Of a stretch of DNA of 64,000 nucleotides, positions 41,471 to 55,495 are shown in pieces. How positions within the stretch are numbered: the first letter of the stretch is position 1; every line of letters starts with the position of its first letter. Below the pieces are notes generated by a model. It saw nothing but the letters and a program-made list of their open reading frames with translations, ran no database searches and was not told the DNA's origin. The position numbers were made by a program, and so were the translations under genes. Source of the DNA: Octopus sinensis (lineage: Eukaryota); the NCBI RefSeq assembly GCF_006345805.1, contig NC_043017.1:17608001-17672000 (forward strand), read 5' to 3'.

Positions 41471-44153
41471 GCCTTTACTATTTGTATCTACCAGAACAAT
41501 AAATATACAAGTCATCATTTCAGATCTTGTAAAATAAGGATGAATTTGAAGAATTTTTAGGAAATGTCTGAGAACACAGAGAATATTTCACTGACCAACC
41601 TGTTGTTGGACCCTGGTAAAGAGCAATGAGAGTAATGGATCTTGCTCAAGTAGGTGCAAAAACAACAGTGATGATAATAAGATTTGAACTGGTAACCATG
41701 TGACTATCAATCCATTACTTTGTACCTCACAGCCAATATACCTAGCACATAGTTTGGTATTACTCCTAAACTATTTTTGTACATCCATATATACATACGC
41801 TCATCATATACATACAAATACTAAACACATTCAAATACGTACATATATACACGCAAATCTATACACACATCATTTACATGCAAATGGATACACTCACAAT
41901 CATTTGGGTTTTTTTTTTTTACATTATTGTCATTGGTTGGACAGGTTTCACCCCCTATACAGATCTTTTGTCATTTGGCAGACACAGAAACAAAGAAATC
42001 AGCCTGTCTTTGTTGCTGCAGATGGCACCATTTTATGACAGTTTCCTATTCTGGCATAGATTGAACGGTCTTACTCACCCTCCAATAAAGCCACCCTAGA
42101 CCATATCTTCCCTATACATTTGACATGGTTTCTATGGTTGGACACTTTTCCTAACACCAACCACTTAGCATAGTATACTGAGCGCATTTTAACCTTTTTG
42201 TAACTATATTTCCATTGAAATACACGGCCTTTGTTTCCAATTAATTCTGAAAATAATTTATTAAAATAACTGTATTTAGTAAAATAACTGCCATTATTGA
42301 GCTGGTGTTTGGAAATTTTGATGGAAGAAAGTCTTAATCTAGATCATTTTAGAAGAGGAAGTTTATATTAGAGAACTTGGGCAGTCTCAAGCAGTTGGTA
42401 TCCATCTATCTACCTCACCCACTAATCATGGGGAGTACAACCCTCAGGTGATGCTTCATGCTGGATTCCTAAATGTGACCAATGGACACTACAAATATTA
42501 TCCAACCATCTTGTTCTTGGTCTATTCCTATGTCTCCTGCTAGTTGGCTTGGCTTAAAGAATTCATACTGTGATTCTTTCCTGAAACATTCTAACCACAT
42601 GTCTATAGTACTAGAGCTCTCTCGATGGTTTTAGAGAAACCAACATACACCTGACAAAACTAAAGAGTTCTCTCAACCACATGCCTTCTTTCTTTTCATT
42701 CAATGATCAGCATACAGACTATACAGGTGCATTTTATCCATGGCACCAGCATTAGATAGGTTGTCATATCCTCAACAGAAAAAAAGACTAAAGAATCTTA
42801 ACACTATCACATCTCCATTTATTCATTGACCACTTTATAAACTGGACTGGGTATGTTTTATCATGGCACCAGTACTAGTGAAGTTGGCTTGTGTCCTTCA
42901 GAACTAAAAGAATCCTGGCTATTTTATATTATCTCCATTTGTCAAAACTAATGCAACCAAGAGCAGGTGGAGAAGTAGAAAAGAGAGAAGAATGGGAGAC
43001 AGGGAGAGAGAGGGGGGAAATAGAGAGAGATAGATGGAAAGCAATAACAAATGAACCAGAGGGAGAAAATGAAAGAGAGAAAGTTAGGTTGTTTTGTTTC
43101 TTTTTAACTAAGCCATCCAATATGACCAAAGTATAAAGTTTTATCTAACATTTTACTTTGACCCCCTCCCCCACAACAAATAAATAGGAACACCTCACAC
43201 CTCATCAAAAGGAGAAAAAGAAAGATAAAATTAATAGTAAAAGTCATTCTTCAGTAAATATCTGATATTGCCATATCCCAATAATTATCACAATGAAACT
43301 CGTTAATTTAAAACTGAAATTTTATAATTTAATCTAAAAAATGAAATAAGTAACCAATAATGTCTGCCGTTACGTGCTGAGTTCAAATTCCGCCGAGGTC
43401 GACTTTGCCTTTCATCCTTTCAGGGTCGATTAAATAAGTACCAGTTACGCACTGGGGTCGATATAATTGACTTAATCTCTTTGTCTGTCCTTGTTTGTCC
43501 CCTATATGTTTAGAAATAAATATCTATATCATTATCATCAAAAATTACTAAAATTAATTTCTAGTAGTTAACTTCTTTAATTATAAAATAAAATTAAATT
43601 AACAATATAGATTATCATGTAATTAATATGTATTTTTTGCTTTTACTTGTTTCAGTTGTCATTGGACTGCACTGCACCCCCATGCTGGAGTACCACCTTG
43701 AAGGGTTTAATCCTGTAACATTTAACTCCTTAGCATTTAAACTGGCCCTATCCAGCCCAAATATTCTACAGATTTTATGTTCAAATTAGCCAGTCCGGCC
43801 TTTCACACCTAGCCTACAATGTCATTCTCAAAATATACAACCACATCATCAAACTCTCAAAGCTACAAGGTAATGCATGATTAATTTAAAACAATGTGAA
43901 TAAATATGCATCACATTTAACAAAGTAACCTGAATGCTATAGAGTTAAACAAGCCATACCAGGCATAAATACTGTACTTGTTTTAAGTTCAAACTGTCCT
44001 GGTCAGGCTTTGCATACCTACCCTACAATGTCATTCTAAAAATAATCATATCGTCAAAATTTTAACGCTACAAGGTAAAGCAAGATTAATTCAAAGGACA
44101 TTATTTACATTATTTACCTTTGACGGATATTGGTCTTCATCTTATTTGTTGTT

Positions 44154-44199
44154 AACACAACTTTTTGGCTGATATACTCTCCAGCCTTCATCAGGTGTC
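44154..44199 (-). ncRNA. Type I hammerhead motif, core mutated
   Basis: gacac CUGAUGA a ggcug..cagcc AAAAA GUU guguu (GAAAC mutated to AAAAA). Confidence 0.65.
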
Positions 44200-44280
44200 T
44201 TGGGGGAAATTTCAAACCTGGGTTCTCATTCCTAAGGTATTTTTCGATGTTATTATTATTATTTAATATTATTATTATTA

Positions 44281-44319
<39 letters not shown>

Positions 44320-44535
44320 TCACTGCTTGGTATCGAACTTGGAATCTTGAGGTTAGTAGATGTCCATGACCATATGGTGTAGTGAGTAATAATGCAGGCT
44401 ACTAACCCCAAGATTCCGAGTTCGATTCCAGGCAGTGACCTGAATAATAATAATAACAACAATAATAATTATAATAATAATAATAATATTGAAAAATACC
44501 CTAGGAATGAGAACCCAAGTTTGAAATTTCCCCAA

Positions 44536-44582
44536 GACACCTGAAGAAGGCTGGAGAGTATATCAGCTGAAACGTTGGTGTT
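44536..44582 (+). ncRNA. Type I hammerhead ribozyme motif
   Basis: gacac CUGAAGA a ggcug-gagaguauau-cagcu GAAAC GUU(g) guguu; all core residues present, one extra G at the cleavage site. Confidence 0.75.
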
Positions 44583-46168
44583 AACAACAAACAAAACGAG
44601 GACAAGTATCTGTTAAATGTAAATAATGTAAATTATGTACATAATTCCTCATCTCTTAAATATAGAACTGTAATTCAAAGGAATCAGATTATATAAGCAT
44701 TACATTTGATAGAATAATCTGAACGTGAAAGGGTTAATCATACAAATCAATTCCAGTAGTTACTGTTTTAAAATTGGAACTTATTTTATTAATCTCTTTT
44801 GTTGAACCACTAAGTACTGGGAATGTGAACAAATGCATGAAGGTTTGCGGTAAGAAGCTTGCTTCCCAACTACATGGTTCCACATTCAGTCCACAGTGTT
44901 GCACTTTGCACAGGGGTCTTCTACTATAGCCTCAAGCCAACCAAAACCTTACTGGTGGATTTTGTTGACAGAAACTGAAAGAAGCCCAAGGTGCCATGCA
45001 GTGGGACTGAAACCAGAACCATGTGGTTGGGAAGCAAACTTCTTATCACGGATCCATGCTTATCTAATAAATATTGAAGAAGCCATAGTTTATTTCTAAA
45101 AATATAATAGAATCAGATAGTCCTATCATATAAACTGACTTTGTTTTTTTTTTAAATATCTTGTTAAATAAAAATTGCAGAACTCTTGAGATTACATGAC
45201 CACTTGTTGCAAGATGTCCCTATTAAATACAGCATTGATTAGCTATTATCTTTCTCCTGTGCTGCATGTAAGTGAAGGGGTGTAGGGCGTGTGAGACGTA
45301 TGGTATATGGGGTTTATGAAGTACAGGGGATGTTCAGGGATTCGTAACACCTTAGATAGAAGCACATGCTTTGTACCTCTAAGTTCAAAAAAGCTATAGC
45401 TTGTACTGTGGCCACACTCTGGAAAACCACTTTGACAGGCAGATTAAACTGGGTAAGGGTTAATCATCAGATGTGTAGCCCTCAATGAATTAGGGCATGG
45501 ACACAGGAGAGAAAATACTAACAACAGTCCAAACGATTAAGAGATCAAAACAAGACATTATTGAGGCCTTCATCATCTGCTGTGACCATGACTGCTTCCA
45601 CCTCCAACCATTCCAGCCACTAACCTTCTTGACCTTGTCTTAATTAAACAAAAATATTTTACCTTCTAACGCAGTGAGTGGCAGAGTTGTAAGCATGCCA
45701 GGTAAAATGCTTAATGGTTTCTTATTTATCTTAATGTTCTCCATTCAAGGTTGACTTTACCTTTCAATCTTCCAGGGTTGATAAAATAAGTACTAGTTGA
45801 GCGCTGGGGGTCAATGAAAGCAACTTATGCCCTTCCCGAAACTTATTGGCCTTGTGCCAAAATTTAAAACCAATATTATACCTTGTAACATTAAAAGACA
45901 CAACTTGATACACAACACAACACACACACACACACACACACACACAACACAACACACACACACACAGTGGGCAGGTTTCCACAGTCTTCATCTTGCAAAT
46001 TCCACTAAAATAAGCCAACCTTAGGCTCCAATAGAAACGACTTGACCATAAATGTCACTTAGTAGCAGTGAACTTGGAACCAAGTTGTTGCTAAGGACAC
46101 ACCTTAACCAAATGGCTATATATATAAACACACACACACACACACTAAAACTTTACTGTTATAAGATA

Positions 46169-46276
<108 letters not shown>

Positions 46277-47985
46277 CATTTTAGTTCTTGTTTAAATGAG
46301 AAAACTATAACAGACAATGACAAATGTGTTTGCATATGTGTGTGCGTTCACACACACATATATGTGCATTTGTATATGTATACATACACATACCCCCATA
46401 ATTATGTATGTATATGCATGTATGTATTTATATATATATATAAGATGAACAATATGCTTTCATCTGAAGCTACACACAACTACTTTTGAATCTGCTAAAC
46501 ATTTAGGTTATTGCGAGAGAGAGAGAGAGGAGAGAAGAACTAGAGAAAATGTGAGAAAAAGGGTGAGAGAATATAAGAGAGAGGGGAAGAGAAAAAGAAA
46601 GAGAGAGAGAGAAAGAGAGGTGTGTGGGTGACAGAAGGGTATGTGAAACAGGAAAAAAAAATGTCTTCAGGTTTGTTCAACTGGTTTTTCCAGTTTTTAA
46701 GTAAGGAAGAAAAGACTTGAAGATCAGCAGAGGGTTTGGGGAGTTCAAACCACATTGAAGGTAAAAAAAATATTCTAACTTCAATGGAATCTCAACAATG
46801 AAGTCGTCAAGCTGCTGGCTATATTTCATTTTTTAATGTTTTTTAAATACTACTACTACACACCACCCGGTTGTGTATCTGTTGTGGAAGAATTCCAACC
46901 ACCCTCCCAAATGACTACAGGTGGACTGACTCTTTGTTATAAAGTAAAGAACAGTGAATGATTGGCGGTTCAGATTGGCAAGCAGTGCACTGTGAGCTGT
47001 TGATTGAGAGTGTTGAGTCTTGTATAACAGTAATAGTAGTGCGTCATGTAAATACTTTCTCTGCCCCACCCTGCTTTGTTAAATTATATATCCAATGCAA
47101 GGATACAAAAGTATCTAATGTTACATTATATTCACAACTGATTACAAATCCTGTTGAGATTTAATTTTGATTTGCACCCTCTTCAAGTCAATAAGATAAA
47201 ACATAAGATAGGTGCTGGGGTTGATGGAATTAACAATATAGATTATCATGCAATTAATATGTATTTTTTGCTTTTACTTGTTTTAGTTGTCCTTGGACAG
47301 CACCCCCATGCTGGAGTACCACCTTGAGGGGTTTAATCCTGTAACATTTAACTCTTTAGCATTTAAACTGGCCCTATCCAGCCCAAATATTCTACAGGTT
47401 TTATGTTCAAATTAGTCAGGCCTAGCCTTTCACACCTATCCTACAATGTCATTCTCAAAATATACAACCACATCATCAAGCTCTCAAAGCTGGTGGAATC
47501 ATCTAACATTCTCCCATCAAAATTGCTGTTTCTCTGCAAAAATTAGAAACCATCATCTACCGAGCTGTTTAAGGTTTCATAAGAATGTTATAATCATTCT
47601 CATGACCATTATCCTTAATCCTTTAATATCAATGAGACGCAAGGCACTTGAGTGGTTACCAACCTATTGGTCCACAACCCAAATTGGGTTAGGGTTCAAT
47701 TCTGAAAACATGATCAAATGGCAGCATTAAAGCATTGGGAAAAGTGTCCTACAATAACTTTTCTTCCTCTCAGCAAACTGTGTTCAAATCAAGCTGAGAT
47801 TGTAGTTGCCCCCCAAAAACCCTCTTACAAGACAGCACAGCTCAATAAAGAGAAACATAGATAGGGTGGGTTAGAAAAAAAATGACACCAGAACTTTAGT
47901 AAGAGGATTCTGAGGGACAACAGTATCTCTTGCCTCCAGTAGAGGCGCACAGATCAAAGGTCTAACAACCTCTTATTTAACATAC

Positions 47986-48057
47986 TTCAAGTTTGAAGAA
48001 CGTATGGCAAGTGTGGACAGAACAATGTCTTGTAATGCTATGGAACAGTTAATAATC
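47986..48057 (-). CDS. Candidate 72-nt symmetric (phase 2-2) exon, IINCSIALQDIVLSTLAIRSSNL
   Basis: Acceptor gttttgtctttgctaccttttcag, donor AA|gtatgt; only the phase-2 frame is open. Confidence 0.45.
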
Positions 48058-48635
48058 CTGAAAAGGTAGCAAAGACAAAACTGTTTTACTTTAGAAATAT
48101 TCTAAAGTAATAGGTACCAGTAATTAATCACTAACACTTAGAATAGCTAAGTGAAGTGAAAAGCACTCCACAAAACAGGATGTAAACTAGCTGGTTATCT
48201 GTTAAACCAATCAACATGATCTGTTCAAAACAATTTCCATTGGCTGAAATCAAAACCAGCTACTGATTAAATGACAGAAGGTCAAAGAATATATTTGTTT
48301 GAAATGATTAAAACACGGTTGTTACTCAACTCTTTGGTTGGTTGCTTGACTGAATTGATTTCAGATATTTCAGTAATAAATATCTATTATGCTTCTTGTA
48401 ACACTGTCTATCACCCAAGGGTAGGTGTGGCCTTGGGCTTTACTCTGTTCTCATCTACATCTCCTTTTGCAGTGTCTTCTGCACATGGTTGATTTCCTTC
48501 CACATCTGCTGGAGGTGAAGAAGGATTCATTTACTTTTTGCCAACTAGAGCATGTTGATAGTAGTCATATCTATGAACATGCTCTAGTTATGTTTAAGAG
48601 CGAAACATTATTTATGTAATGAGAAACTGAGTTGC

Positions 48636-48742
48636 ATCACCTGAAGAGATGGATCTGTACTGTGGGGTGCACAGTAATCCATTGCTTAGTTTCCCACTAA
48701 ATGGGAAAGCAGTGCAAGATGTATCGAAACGATTGTTGTGAT
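48636..48742 (+). ncRNA. Type I hammerhead ribozyme with long stem II insertion
   Basis: aucac CUGAAGA gaug...uauc GAAAC gauu GUU gugau; intact core and 5-bp stem I; unit ends at (TA)n about 45 nt downstream. Confidence 0.75.
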
Positions 48743-49779
48743 AAATAGCTTCCAGTATACTGTTTTCCGTATCCACTGTTTCTACTATATATATATATCA
48801 CCGTGATCACGTGACCGACTAGGCTATCAGATGTTGCTACACATCGCTGGTCACAATGCGCTTCGCAATGTTTTAGCCTCCAAATGAATTTGAACTCAGA
48901 ATGTTATATCATCATCACTGTCATTTGATGTCCAGCTTTCACGGTGGCATGGATCGAACAGTTTGACAGCATCTGATGAATAAGAGGACTGCGGCATGCA
49001 CTAGCATCTTTATTGGCTTGGTTTTACATGGCTGAATGGCCTTCATCATCATTTTAGCGCTCACTTTTCCATGCTTGCATGGGTTGCACAGAATTTGTTG
49101 AGGCAGATATATTAGGGCTGGATGCCCTTTCTATCACCAACCCTGTTTCCAAATAAGGTAATATTTCTCCATGAACAGACATGTCATAGAAGTTTGGTAA
49201 TGAAGAACACTGCTTGCATGATAGTGACACTCATTTACAACTATCACTTGATATCAAGGCAAGGAGATACACCTACACAGAGTTTTTGTCTACAATTCCA
49301 CTCAAAAAGCTTTGGTTGGCCCAGGAATATAATTGAAAACATTTGCCCATGATGCCATGCGGTGGGACTGAACTTGGAATCATGTGGTTGAGAAGAAAAC
49401 TTCTTAGCTACACACCATGCCTACACCTCATCATCATTGTTTAATGTCCGCTTTCCATACCGGGATGGATTGGACAGTTTGACAGCTGAAGAATAGGCTG
49501 GGCTCCACGTCTCTTTTGGCAGGCTTTCTACAACTGGATGCCCTTCCTAATGCCAACTACTTTACAAAGTGTATTGGCTGCTTTTATGCAGGACTGGCAT
49601 GGGTGCTCTTAAGTGGCAATGGCACGGGTGCTTTCTATGTGTCACCAGCACCCATGTTCCCACAAGATTAGGATCGCTCAGCTGAAGAGGAATGTAGGGG
49701 ACATGGCTGTATGCAAGGACAACTATGATTTTCCCTAGCTTCATATGTCTTCTCAAGCACAACAAACTGCCAGAAGTCT

Positions 49780-50165
49780 CAGTCCCTTTTTATCTCTTCC
49801 GTGAAACCCAACGTCTGAAGATCCTTACTCACCACATTGTCCCATATCTTCCTGGGTCTACCCCTTCCAAACATTCCTCCCACAATTAGAGACCAGCACT
49901 TCTTGATGCAGCTGTCTTCATCCATATGCATTACACAACCATACCAGAGCAGTCTTCTCTCTTGCAGACTGCTACATCTGATGCCTTGTATACCCAGTTT
50001 TTCTCTCAAATCACTGACACTCTGTTGTATATGCACACTGACATTACCCATCCAGCAGAGCATACTGGCTTCATTCCTTTCAAGCCTTCGTATCTCCTCA
50101 GTAGTCACAGCCCATGCCTCACTGCCATGTGGCATAGCTGTTCATACAGCAGTATCATACAATCT
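49780..50165 (-). mobile_element. RTE-clade LINE ORF C-terminal fragment
   Basis: HGSEAWAVTTEEIRRLERNEASML...RRLLWYG...GRGRPRKIW. Confidence 0.88.
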
Positions 50166-51376
50166 GCTTTCATAAGGCAGAGGTAATAATGATGATGGTA
50201 ATAAGGCGGTGAGCTGGCAGAAACGTTAGCGCGCCAGGCAAAATGCTTAGTGGTATTTCGTCTGCCGTTACATTCTAAGTTCAAATTCCACCGAGGTCGA
50301 CTTTGCCTTTCATCCTTTCGGGGTCGATTAAATAAGTACCAGTTACGCACTAGGGTCGATATAATCCACTTAATCCGTTTGTCTGTCCTTGTTTGTCCTC
50401 TCTGTGTTTAGTCCCTTGTGGGTAGTAAAGAAATAGGTAATAATGATGATGATGATGAGGATTTCAAATTCTGGCACAAAGCCAGCAAGTTTGAGAGGGC
50501 CAAGTCGATTACATTGGCCCCACACCTCACTGGTACTTACCTTAATCACCCCCAAAAAGATTAAAGGCAAAGTCAACCTCGGTGGAACATGAACTCAGAA
50601 CATAAAGATCGGCAAAATGTTGCTCAGCATTTTGTCTAGCATGCTAACGATTCTACCAGCTTGTCGCAATAATAATAATAATAATAAATTGCCAAGGCTC
50701 CCTAGTCGGTCACAGTAAGTCGTTTGATGTGATGAATGTCCCCGATTTCGCGTGCAAGTCCAAGCCTGTCTTGAATTACCTGGGGGAAAAAATATTGTTT
50801 CTGAGAACAAAATAAATAAGATGAGAGAGTGATGGGGAGATCAGAAAGAAAGAGATAATGGTGTGAACCCCAAGAGACATATAATTAATAAAAAAAAAAA
50901 AACAAGCAGATAACATGCGTGTGTGTGTATGTGTGTGTGTGTGTGATTGTATTAAGATATTTGTAAAAGGTTAAGGCCTGTTCAATATTGCTGGTTAACG
51001 AGCGATAACCAAAAGACATGTGGTTTATTGGTGTATATAGCAGTTGAAATTTCCTTCGAATTAGACCCCCAATGTTATACAAAGCTGTATGGGATGATGT
51101 AGTCCTAGTCATGCACTTAAATCAACGACGTAGTCACGGTTGGAATGGTCTTTGATTGAGGTCTATTCGATCAAGGCTGATCGAAGCGAGGGGTTTTTAG
51201 CGAGATCCTGGACGAATTTATAACACTCTGTCTCTCACATTCGATCTATCCACCTAACCATCTATATAACAACCAATCACTCTATAGAGATATCGGGATC
51301 TTCTAAATGAGGAAACTGACTAAATAATGGAAATTAAGGCTTTTTTTAACATATATATATTATATTATATTAGAGA

Positions 51377-51593
51377 CTGTGTGTGTGTGTATATGTTAAC
51401 CACATGTCACTAACCCTGATCGACGTTCCAAGCGTGAGCGTCACGTCATATTTCTTCAGAAAGTGTATTAGGAAATCATATCTCACGTGTCTTCGTTTTT
51501 CTGCGCTTCTTTTATATATATATATATTTTTTTTTTTTTTTTCGGAGATATTTGGCTGCTATTTCTAAAATCTGAACTACCACCAAGAGGTAC

Positions 51594-51624
<31 letters not shown>

Positions 51625-51892
51625 TATACTTTTCAGATGTTTAGCAGTTCGCCCAGTATTGTGGTTGGAAGGAGTTGGCCACGCCCTCAACATTGCTGAC
51701 TCCTGCAAGAACCGGCAACAGCAGTAGTAACCTGCTTCAACAGTGGCGGGGCTTCTGCGTGGTCAACCACCTTGCTAGAAATAGCGCATAAATATTACTC
51801 ATCTAATATATTTTGTCATTGTATTTGTTTTTAAAAGAGATTGCGATATGTGATCTTGAATGTATGAATGAGTAACAACGAATGGAGTACTA

Positions 51893-51928
<36 letters not shown>

Positions 51929-52043
51929 TAAGTAATTAAGGGTTTAGCAACGATTTGCCTCACCACACACCGAATTTAGAAATAGCAGTCAAAGAGTTAT
52001 GGCTATTCTTTCTTTCACCCTATATTATTATTGATAACTATAT

Positions 52044-52101
<58 letters not shown>

Positions 52102-52883
52102 CTTACACCAATGGATTCATCGATCTTTCCTCTTGTTTGTATATAACACATAAACGTATGTTTGTGTACATACGCAGGTACATAAACATAGCGACGCACA
52201 CACATATACATACAGTAAACATGCCGACACACACACACACACAGACACCTAAATATAGAGAGAAAGACGGAGAGAGGTGAAGGAGGAATAGGGAGAAATA
52301 CAAAGGCATGTTTAGTAAATAAATATAAGGAATAGTTAAAACAAGAACACGCATTTCTCTCTTTCTCACACATACACACACACATGCTTTCAATAATAAA
52401 CCTCTACGTGGTCACTTGAATTGCTAGAAATAACAGCCCAATCACTCTCCAGTCATACCGCAGTCTCAAAAATATCGTGCGAGTGGGGACGGGGACGCAT
52501 TGGACAAAGATATCCGGATTTACTCTGTAGATGGAAGAAATAAATGAATGAAAATTAGATTTGTGGTTTTGGTTGTTGAAGTACCTTTTAATCATGGGTT
52601 CTGTTCGATCAGGGCTAAACCTACAGGGAAGCAAATCGCTCGATCGCGCGCGTGACAGAGAACCTCTTGGTGGTTGTTCAGATTTTAGAAATAGCAGCCA
52701 AATATCTCCGAAAAAAAAAAAAATATATATATATATATATATAAAAGAAGCGCAGAAAAACGAAGACATGTGAGATATGATTTCCTAATACACTTTCTGA
52801 AGAAATATGACGTGACGCTCACGCTTGGAACGTCGATAAGGATTAGTGACATGTGGTTAGCATATATATACACACACACACAG
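51377..52883. repeat. Local inverted duplication (arms 51377-51590 and 52663-52883)
   Basis: About 215-bp arms, roughly 95% identical as reverse complements. Confidence 0.9.
52459..52524 (-). CDS. Candidate 66-nt symmetric exon
   Basis: Acceptor ttcattcatttatttcttccatctacag, donor GCG|gtatga. Phase-2 frame VNPDIFVQCVPVPTRTIFLRL; phase-0 frame SKSGYLCPMRPRPHSHDIFETA. Confidence 0.5.
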
Positions 52884-54213
52884 TAGTTGGGTAACTCTTG
52901 CAGACAATGGTGAAGATTAATTTTTTGTTAATGCATGACATTAAAAACGAGCCAACGAGAGAGAGAGTCTCTGAAGAGTCGCTCGACGTGCTAAAAAGAG
53001 TAGCGAAATATTCTTTAAACCTCAACCCATTGTTTTAAAAAATAAACAAAAACAGAAAGACACGTTGGATGAAGTCGTTAGTAAACTGTCTGGTGAAAAA
53101 GACGGTATGTTCGTGGCTGGAGCGCCTTTGTTCATGGGAATGGTCGATTAGGACGGATCTATGGCTTCGCAACATACTGTAAATTTATGATTAAAACATA
53201 ATCGAATTTTGAACGTCATCGAATGCGCACATGCTTCAGATAATTACGCGCGCGCAGACACCAATATACATACACTCACATTACAGATATATATATATGT
53301 GTATATGTAAATACACATATACATTATATAAACATAGACGCATTGTATACACATATACATACATTATATACACATACATTATATATACTTACACATTATA
53401 TATACATATATGTTGCTTTATTACCCACAAGGGGCTAAACAGAGGGGACAAACAAGTGCGAAACTGGTACTTGATTTATCGATCCCGAAAGGATGAAAGG
53501 CAAAGTCAACCTCGGAGGAATTTGAACTCAGAACGTAACGACAGACGAAATACTGCTAGGCATCTCGCCCGGCGTGCTAACGATTCTGCCAGCTTGCCGC
53601 CTTGTATATATACATATATACACACACATACATACATAACATACATTGCACGCGCGCACACATCACGAAACAGGGAGTAATATCAGTCGACAACCGAAGA
53701 GGGGTTAGACCTCCTTTGGTGTTTTGTCCCGTACTTATCTCTCGTTGTGTGTTCACCTATTTGTTGGTGAGGTCCTGTTCTTCATGTGTATTTTTTCCAC
53801 ACACACACACATATATATATAACCATTAAAGCTGTCCTCTAGAAAAACCACACTAATATATATGGTGGTGGATCTCCATCGTTCGGCAACGAAGATCCAG
53901 TTATTCCAATAACTGAATTAGCTGCTCCTCAATTCGTGTATAAAGTGGTCGAGTATTCCAAGACACGTGCACACCAAAGTAATTCTCAGGTAACGCCAGC
54001 GTGACAGAGTGTAACAAGGCTGTACCTTTTGAATTACAAATACAGACGATCCAGCCACCAAAAGGCTTCCTAACACTTTCCATCAACCCAGTTTCAGTCA
54101 CAAGACATGGGTCGATCTGAGACAATAGAAAATGACATTTACCCAAAAGAACTCGGAACCTCGTGGTTAGGAACCATTCGGTTACACTGCATCTACTGCA
54201 AAATATATATATA

Positions 54214-54736
54214 CAAAGTGTCCAAAATTTTTTTTTTAAATGACATCATTTTGTAGTCTAATAACATGGCCAATTCTCGCTCAAATGATCTCAAATTTTA
54301 ACAAAATGTGTAAATACTAAGTTTGGATCGCGCATGACAATGTGCAGTTGAAATGGCCACCACGTTTACCTCACTTGACACTTGGTGATTTTTTTTCTAT
54401 GGGACTATGTGAAAGGACTTGCACTATATGCCCTCTCTTTCTACAAGCAGAAAATCAGAGGTGCTGGAGAATGTTACGCAAGACATGTACTGTTACAGCG
54501 TGTTTGGCAGGAGCTGGACTACCGACTTGACGTGTGTCGTGTCAAAGGCGATGTGCATATTGAACATTTGTGAATCGGTTATAAAAATCTATAAAATCCC
54601 TCTGAATCTCTTGTCCGAATTTTGTTAAATAAATATTTTATTGTTCAACGTGAAGCCTATTTAATTTCGTTTGCCTCGGACACGTAGTTACTCAATGAAG
54701 TCATTTTTTTTTTTTGTTTTGGTGGGGGACACCCTC
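54214..54736 (+). mobile_element. Internally deleted Tc1/mariner-superfamily element
   Basis: KWPPRLPHLT..DFFLWDYVKG...QRVWQELDYRLDVCRV..VHIEHL*; TA-flanked imperfect TIRs. Confidence 0.8.
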
Positions 54737-54756
54737 TATGCACATATATATATATA

Positions 54757-54979
54757 CACACGAAGATGTGTTGAAAAGTTCCTGGCTTTAAGGGTATCGC
54801 GAAATGCTAGGTTGGGGGCCCAACCTTCAGAGTGCTTTTACAGAGACTAGAAAAACTGAAAGACCCTTGCAATAAGTGTGATTACGAGAGGGAAATATGT
54901 TGAATAAAATCATAATTAACAGATCCTCCTATATTCTCTTTAACTCAAAGCCAGGAACTTTTCACCAGCAACTCGTGTG
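54757..54979. mobile_element. mariner-type MITE
   Basis: TIR cacgaagatgtgttgaaaagttcctggcttt / aaagccaggaacttttcaccagcaactcgtg. Confidence 0.8.
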
Positions 54980-55495
54980 GATGGATGGATAGATAGATAG
55001 ATAGATAGATAAACTTGTTTTACGCTATACTCTGATCGAAATTTGAACTTGGAAACGTTTAAATCACAAGAATGAATTATAGTTTAGAATAGGGAAACTA
55101 ATGGTGAAAATGTAAGCGCCAAGGTGGTCGCTCGACATGCTAGAAATAGCAGTTGAAATTTCCTTCGAATTAGACCCCCAGTGTTATACAAAGCTGTATG
55201 GGATGATGTAGTCCTAGTCATGCACTTAAATCAACGACGTAGTCACGGTTGGAATGGTCTTTGATTGAGGTCTGTTCGATCAAGGCTGATCGAAGCGAGG
55301 GGTTTGGCTAAAGAATCAGAGCGGCGACATCAAAGAATGTAGCGTGGAGGAGGTTGTCTTTCGCGCGGGGGTCTGCATGTATATAAATATACACGTACAC
55401 ACATCTTTTGTTTCAATCATTAGACTGCGGCCATTGTTACACACACACACACACACGTATATATATTAAATGGGAAGGCCGGTTTACGGGATTAC

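Larger units (their letters stand above)
44099..44670. mobile_element. Single insertion: inverted dimer of a tRNA-headed, HHR-bearing element
   Basis: 44103-44359 is the reverse complement of 44399-44633. 12-bp TSD taattcaaagga at 44087-44098 and 44671-44682. Interrupts a piggyBac-type MITE. Confidence 0.9.

Noticed and set aside
47932-47949. CTCF-like motif gcctccagtagaggcgca
   Set aside because: One base short of consensus spacing; a single weak match.
48473-48514. Plus-strand 42-nt exon-like segment (CLLHMVDFLPHLLE)
   Set aside because: Isolated, and probably part of the repeat unit that carries the 48.6k HHR.
53690-53730. HHR-like gacaa CCGAAGA gggg..cctc ... ttgtc
   Set aside because: The GAAA half of the core is absent, so it cannot be called.
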